A DNA stretch of 64,000 nucleotides, from NCBI GenBank assembly GCA_017853835.1, contig JAFMIU010000006.1, positions 340 to 64,339 on the forward strand, written 5' to 3'. Made by a program: the position numbers and the translations under genes. Shown here one piece after another: positions 58,960 through 64,000 of the stretch. A model generated the notes under the pieces. The model was not told the DNA's origin. It made no database searches and worked only from the letters and a program-made list of their open reading frames with translations. Every line of letters starts with the position of its first letter. Positions within the stretch are counted from its first letter, which is position 1. This DNA is from Pirellulales bacterium (GTDB taxonomy: Bacteria; Planctomycetota; Planctomycetia; Pirellulales; UBA1268).

Positions 58960-59814
58960 TCAGCTCGCGTGTCCGCCCGGCACCATCAGCCTGCGAAGCC
59001 GGGCCGGGGAGATGCCGATCAGGCTTCTGAAAACCTTTGTGAAATGACTCTGCGAAGAATAGCCAAGGGCATGGCCGATGTCAGAAATCGGCATGCTGCC
59101 CGTGGCGAGTATCGTCAGGGCAGCCTGGGTTCGACGGTGGTGAATGAGCCGCACGAGGCCCATGCCGAGGGTCCGGCGGAGTTTTCGGGCAAAGTGCCCG
59201 GGTGAAAGGCCGCTGGCACGACTCATCTCGACAAGGCTTGGCGGCTTGGCAAGCCGACCATCGATTTGTTCGATCGTCTGGCGGAGCAACCACGGCGGCA
59301 AACTGGATGATGACCCAGCGATCGGTGGGACCGTAGCGTTCAGCAGCCGTGCAAGTCGCGCCAGAAACGCCTGCGCGACGGCATCGAGATGGTCGGCGTC
59401 TGGGGCGGCATGCAAACCGCTCACGAACTGACGCAGGCATGCGGCCAATCTCGTGTCGTTGATCGCCAGGTGTGCCGCCGGCCAGACGTCACTGGCGGGA
59501 GACACCGAGGCCCGAAGTTGATTCGAGGGAAGGAAGATGGTCACGCATTTGGCGACACCTCCGCCACGGACTTCAAAAACGTGGTAGTCGCGTTCCGGTG
59601 GGAGGTAGAAAAAGAAGCCACTCTGAACCAAATCTTGTTTCACCTCACTCGGCGAAGACAGCCGAAGAGACAGCTCGCCCGGACCTGAATAAAAAGTCAC
59701 GACATGCCCGACAAGCCGCATTCGAGCGGACGATTCCGTCATCCACGCATTGATGCGCCATGGCAGAACCAGCCATGTGGAGGACAGGCCGGATGGAAGC
59801 ATGCTGTCTCTCAA
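58960..59814 (-). CDS. AraC-family transcriptional regulator
   Basis: C-terminal double HTH ...LSPGHFARKLRRTLG...ISDIGHALGYSSQSHFTKVFRSLIGISPARLRR, with an N-terminal cupin-like region. Confidence 0.8.
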   Translation of the reverse strand: MRDSMLPSGLSSTWLVLPWRINAWMTESSARMRLVGHVVTFYSGPGELSLRLSSPSEVKQDLVQSGFFFYLPPERDYHVFEVRGGGVAKCVTIFLPSNQLRASVSPASDVWPAAHLAINDTRLAACLRQFVSGLHAAPDADHLDAVAQAFLARLARLLNATVPPIAGSSSSLPPWLLRQTIEQIDGRLAKPPSLVEMSRASGLSPGHFARKLRRTLGMGLVRLIHHRRTQAALTILATGSMPISDIGHALGYSSQSHFTKVFRSLIGISPARLRRLMVPGGHAS

Positions 59815-60120
59815 CCCAGCACCCCATTTCTCTGAGTTTTTCGATTTTTGAGCGGCTGAAGCAGGATAGAGGCTGCGCAGATAGGCGAAACGCCTTGGAT
59901 TCTATGACCCCTCTTGGGAACCTGCATACCCCCGCCCCACCCTTAAAAAAAACAGTTGCGATTCCGTTCCGAACAAACACCCACGTTTGCCTCCCAGGAA
60001 TCGGCCAAATCATTCCGCGCGCAAACGATGACAAACGCGCGAATCTGCTCACGACATCTGGTGGCTGGCCGAGCATGATGCTCCGTGAGGGGTCGCGTCA
60101 CCGACACGAGGAGTTCCATC

Positions 60121-60318
60121 ATGAAAAAACCCCGCGGTACTTCGCCCGTGCACATCGCATTCACCACGCTCACCGAAATCAAGGCGATGGTCGAGCGTTT
60201 TGAGGATGGGCAAGAAAACCTTTTCCGGACCCTGGACTCGATCGTCAAGACAACCCATGACTACAAGACGGCGATGCGGAGTTTTCCAGCGGGCAATCGC
60301 GACCGTGGGGTCGCATAG
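60121..60318 (+). CDS. Possible small protein (65 aa)
   Basis: GAGGAG SD 8 nt upstream of ATG 60121. MKKPRGTSPVHIAFTTLTEIKAMVERFEDGQENLFRTLDSIV... No recognised family. Confidence 0.35.
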   Translation: MKKPRGTSPVHIAFTTLTEIKAMVERFEDGQENLFRTLDSIVKTTHDYKTAMRSFPAGNRDRGVA

Positions 60319-60497
60319 TGCCCTTGACTGGTCGCCGCCTCAGGCGCCCACGCGCCACCAACTGTCTGGTGGCGATGTCTTCCCCCCGTGTTGACGGTCT
60401 TCACGCCTCTTGAGTGCGTGTGCCTATAGTTGGCCGCTCTTCCGGAAGGCGACTGTTTCCGCGGCATGCATGCCGGTCCCGCACACCGCGAGAATCC

Positions 60498-62798
60498 ATG
60501 CATACGCCACCTCTCAATCGAGTCGCCTTCGTCGGCACCTACGTGCCCCGCCGCTGCGGTCTTGCCACATTCACCCACGATCTCCGAGCGGCGGTGGCTC
60601 GTCTTCTGCCCGACGCCGACTGTCCCGTCGTGGCGATGGTCGACGGCCCGGGCCTCGATGAGCATCCACCGGAGGTGCGATTTGCCTGTGCCACTGACGA
60701 CGCGAGCTCCGGCAGAAGGGCGGCCGAATACCTCAACCTTCTCAATGCCGATGTGGTGTCACTACAGCATGAATACGGCATCTTCGGCGGTCCATCTGGC
60801 CGGCAGGTGCTCGACCTGGTGCACGAACTCCGGATGCCGGTTCACACGACTCTCCACACGGTGCTGCCTGCGCCGTCGCCCGAACACCGACGAGTCATGG
60901 ATGAACTCCTGGGGTGTTCCGCACGCGTGACCGTGATGACGGAGCATGCTCGCGGCCTGCTCCACACCGTGCATGGCATCGCCGACGATCGCATCGACGT
61001 GATCCCGCACGGCATTCCCGAGGCCGACGGTGGCGACGCCGCCGTGGCCAAGGAGCGGTTCGGCATCGCCGGCCGAAAGGTGATGCTTACCTTCGGGCTT
61101 CTTTCTCCCAACAAAGGCATCGAGCATGCCATCCGCAGCCTGCCCACGATCGCGGCCAGATACCCCGACGTGACCTATGTCATCGCCGGCGCGACGCATC
61201 CGCGGCTCCTTCAGGATGAGGGGGAACGGTATCGCGAGATACTCGTGGCCTTGGCGGAATCTCTGGGCGTTGCCGACCACGTCGTGTTTCTCAACCGGTA
61301 CCTGGACACGGGCGACCTGCTTGCGGTGATCGCCGCCGCCGACATCTATCTGACACCCTACCTGAATCCCGATCAGGCGGTCTCGGGCACGCTCGCCTAT
61401 GCCTTTGGCTCGGGCACACCGGTCATCTCCACCCCCTATCGGCACGCCGAGGAACTCCTGGCGGACGGCTCCGGTGTGCTCGTGCCGTTCGGCGACGACC
61501 ATGCCATCGCCCGTGAGGTGTGCGGGCTGCTGGCCAATGATTCGCATCTCGCCCGCATGAGGAGCCGGGCACACGTCGCAGGACGCAGCATGATCTGGCC
61601 CCGTGTCGCTGAACGCTACGCTGCAGGATTCACCGCCTCCCGGATGGCAACGCTGGTGCCATCGGCCGGCGAGGCCGTTCCCCCAGCACGACGCAGGCCG
61701 CCCGAGCCCATCCTCACTCACCTGTGGAGACTCACCGATTCGGCCGGCGTCGTTCAGCATGCCACGGGCGATATTCCGCTCCGCCACGAAGGGTATTGCA
61801 CCGACGACAATGCCCGGGCTCTGGCGCTCGTGGTGCTGGTCGAGGATCTTGGTCTTGCCACCGAGCGGTCCGCTGCGGCCGCGATCACGTATGCGGCTTT
61901 CCTCGGTCACGCCTACGACCCGAAAAGCGGCCGGTTTCGCAATTTCATGGACTTCTCTCGGCGATGGCGAGAACCGAACGGCTCGGACGACTGTCTTGGC
62001 CGGGCGATCATGGCCATGGCCACGTGCATCGCCCGCGCTCGACGTGAAAGTCTTCGCCGATTCGCCATGGAACGCTTTCATCCAGCCGTTCGCGCCGCAT
62101 TGGCCACGAGGAGCCCGCGATGCTGGGCCCTCACGGTTGTGGGATTGAGCGAGTATCTCCGACGTCTCAGGGGTGATCGTGAAGCGGCTTCGTCCCAACG
62201 CGAACTGACCGGCAGGCTCCTTCGGCTCTTCTTGATCACCTCGGCTCCCGAATGGCCGTGGCTCGAGGATGTGGTGGCCTATGAAAACCCACGGCTCTGC
62301 CAAGCTCTTCTTCTCGGAGGCGGCTCCCTACCCGCCGCCCGGGCCGCCGGCCTCGATGCCCTCGACTGGCTCTGGACGATCCAAGAATCCGAAGGCGGAC
62401 GATTCGCGCCGATCGGCTGTCGCGGATTCCTGCGACGGGGAGGAACACCGGCACGGTTCGATCAGCAACCGATCGAGGCCCAGGCGATGGTGGCGGCGTG
62501 TGCCACGGCCTACCGTACCACCGGTGATGACATCTGGCGTCAGCGTGCATGGCTGGCCTTCGAATGGTTTCATGGCCACAACGTACTCGGTGCCAGCATC
62601 GTCGACCCGCACACCGGCGGCTGCCGCGACGGATTGCTCGAGGATCGCGTCAGTGAAAACCAGGGGGCGGAGTCGACGCTCGCCTATCTGCTCGCCGTCG
62701 TCGACATGCGTCAACTCGAACCGGCCATGACGACGACGCCGGCCATCATCCGCCCCACGCGACGGCCTCGCGAGGCCCGTGGGGCGTGCGGCCGATGA
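60498..62798 (+). CDS. GT4-family glycosyltransferase fused to a ~350-aa uncharacterised C-terminal domain
   Basis: VAFVGTYVPRRCGLATFTHDL, then a GT-B C-half (GLLSPNKGIEHAI, TPYLNPDQAVSGTLAYAFGSGTPVISTPYRHAEE), then a helix-rich C-domain. ATG 60498 is internal to the track ORF. Confidence 0.8.
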   Translation: MHTPPLNRVAFVGTYVPRRCGLATFTHDLRAAVARLLPDADCPVVAMVDGPGLDEHPPEVRFACATDDASSGRRAAEYLNLLNADVVSLQHEYGIFGGPSGRQVLDLVHELRMPVHTTLHTVLPAPSPEHRRVMDELLGCSARVTVMTEHARGLLHTVHGIADDRIDVIPHGIPEADGGDAAVAKERFGIAGRKVMLTFGLLSPNKGIEHAIRSLPTIAARYPDVTYVIAGATHPRLLQDEGERYREILVALAESLGVADHVVFLNRYLDTGDLLAVIAAADIYLTPYLNPDQAVSGTLAYAFGSGTPVISTPYRHAEELLADGSGVLVPFGDDHAIAREVCGLLANDSHLARMRSRAHVAGRSMIWPRVAERYAAGFTASRMATLVPSAGEAVPPARRRPPEPILTHLWRLTDSAGVVQHATGDIPLRHEGYCTDDNARALALVVLVEDLGLATERSAAAAITYAAFLGHAYDPKSGRFRNFMDFSRRWREPNGSDDCLGRAIMAMATCIARARRESLRRFAMERFHPAVRAALATRSPRCWALTVVGLSEYLRRLRGDREAASSQRELTGRLLRLFLITSAPEWPWLEDVVAYENPRLCQALLLGGGSLPAARAAGLDALDWLWTIQESEGGRFAPIGCRGFLRRGGTPARFDQQPIEAQAMVAACATAYRTTGDDIWRQRAWLAFEWFHGHNVLGASIVDPHTGGCRDGLLEDRVSENQGAESTLAYLLAVVDMRQLEPAMTTTPAIIRPTRRPREARGACGR

Positions 62799-62823
62799 CC
62801 AGATCTCACAGGAGGTTCATGCC

Positions 62824-64000
62824 ATGCACGTGACTCGCACCGGCATCATCCTCAGGCCCAACAACGCCCGGGTGCTCTATCGTCCTTTCGAGCCCCCATT
62901 GCCGCAACGCGCACTACGGATCGTGGGGCGGGTCATGGAACTCGACGAGGCAGATGTGGACCAACTGCTCGGTGACGTGCTCGGTGAGTTTCACGGTCGC
63001 CACCAGCGACTCGTGGGATTCTTCGAGGAGCGGTTCGCGGCTGTGCGGCACCACCTCCTCACCGACCGGCCAGTTTCACGAGCCCGCCAACTGCTGATCG
63101 GCTCGTATTTCACGCAGGAGTACGCGCTTGAGAGCGCAGCCCTGTTCAACCCGTCGATCATTCTTCACCCCGACCAAGCCGGACTCGAGCCGGGAGAAGC
63201 ACGTTTCATCCTCAGCGTTCGGGCCACCGGTGAAGGACACGTGTCGAGCGTCGGCTTTCGCGCCGGCACCATCGACGCCCGAGGCGCCATCACGATCGAC
63301 GCCCCCTCGGGCTTCGTCACAGCACCCCATGTCGTCGCCAGCGCCGCCTATGACAAGCCGCTGTTTCTCAGCAAACTCGCCGAACTCGGCATCGCCAACG
63401 GACTCATCGAACCCGTCATCGCCCCGCTCGAGGACCGTTTCACGCTCCACGACCTGGAGAAGGTTCTCGCGGTCACGTCTCGACAACACGGGTCGCGACG
63501 GCGGGAGTGGGAACCCTTGGCGGCCGCGACTCTGGCGCTCGCCCGTGCCAACTACGAGATCGAATGCGATGCCGCATCGGATCTTTCCGAACGGGTGATC
63601 TTTCCCTACTCCCCGGCCGAGACCAACGGGATCGAGGATGCCCGGTTCGTGCGATTCATCGACGATGACGGCTCGGCACGCTACTACGCCACCTACACCG
63701 CATTCGACGGCAACGTGACATTGCCTCAGATCGTGGAAACCGACGACTTCGTACGATTTCGGGTGAGCACGCTCAACGGCCCGGAGATTGCCAACAAGGG
63801 TTTCGCCCTCTTTCCACGGCGAATCCGAGGCAGCTATGTGATGCTCTCCCGTCAGGACGGCGAGAACGTTTTCGTGATGGAGTCGGAGATGCTCCACTTC
63901 TGGCACGCGAGGCGACTCGTGATGCGGCCGAGTTGTCCGTGGGAGTACGTGCAGATCGGCAACTGCGGCTCCCCGATCGAAACCGACGCTGGATGGCTCG
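62824..64000 (+). CDS. GH130-like glycosidase/phosphorylase with N-terminal helical extension (3'-truncated by window end)
   Basis: Open frame from ATG 62824 to the window end, translated by hand and absent from the ORF track because it has no stop. ...NGIEDARFVRF...YYATYTAFDG...FPRRI.G.Y.ML.R is a GH130-type beta-propeller pattern. GGAGG SD upstream. Confidence 0.65.
   Translation, partial: MHVTRTGIILRPNNARVLYRPFEPPLPQRALRIVGRVMELDEADVDQLLGDVLGEFHGRHQRLVGFFEERFAAVRHHLLTDRPVSRARQLLIGSYFTQEYALESAALFNPSIILHPDQAGLEPGEARFILSVRATGEGHVSSVGFRAGTIDARGAITIDAPSGFVTAPHVVASAAYDKPLFLSKLAELGIANGLIEPVIAPLEDRFTLHDLEKVLAVTSRQHGSRRREWEPLAAATLALARANYEIECDAASDLSERVIFPYSPAETNGIEDARFVRFIDDDGSARYYATYTAFDGNVTLPQIVETDDFVRFRVSTLNGPEIANKGFALFPRRIRGSYVMLSRQDGENVFVMESEMLHFWHARRLVMRPSCPWEYVQIGNCGSPIETDAGWL

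Overview
High-GC bacterial chromosomal segment (roughly two-thirds G+C by eye) with the hallmarks of a Planctomycetota genome. It carries three DUF1559 / prepilin-type N-terminal-methylation genes ([26 protein letters not shown]), three Cys-type sulfatases (C-x-P-S-R), PEP-CTERM sorting signals, PATR beta-strand-repeat surface proteins and an ECF sigma / FecR-like anti-sigma pair.

Gene order:
- 0-17.9 kb: secreted and surface proteins, sulfatases, and a translationally coupled sigma / anti-sigma / giant surface protein trio.
- 17.9-22.0 kb, minus strand: a four-subunit group-3b-type [NiFe] hydrogenase operon.
- 22.1-24.8 kb: btpA / PfkB kinase / psuG, for pseudouridine breakdown.
- 25.1-26.5 kb: a lower-GC patch with a lipoprotein gene and a DUF1559 gene broken by one in-frame TAA.
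- 26.7-39.9 kb: pdxH plus a complete reductive pyrimidine-catabolism cluster (carbamoylase, preT/preA, mmsA, dihydropyrimidinase, NCS1 permease, class-III transaminase). A DUF1559 gene and a Cys/Met-type PLP enzyme are inserted in it.
- 40.0-46.8 kb: a Gly/Pro-rich membrane protein, a polar amino-acid ABC transporter, an ADP-ribosylglycohydrolase-like gene and ovoA.
- 46.9-50.5 kb: a hypothetical gene, an Fe-ADH and aroA.
- 50.8-59.8 kb: the accessory-looking part. It holds a PEP-CTERM protein, an 18-Cys secreted mini-protein, hsp20, a baeRF/eRF1-like protein, and a tightly overlapped minus-strand operon (DUF2294-like, csrA, DUF2294, HPF-cold-shock fusion, apparently dead DLH). A sigma70-like promoter, a 32-codon basic sORF and a strong intrinsic terminator precede that operon. 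A third DUF2294 paralogue and an AraC regulator follow.
- 60.5-64.0 kb: a GT4-fusion glycosyltransferase and a GH130-like gene truncated by the window end.

No rRNA, tRNA, CRISPR array, transposase or integrase was recognised. All calls rest on reading the supplied translations and sequence. No database search was possible, so family names reflect motif recognition and should be confirmed with HMM searches.
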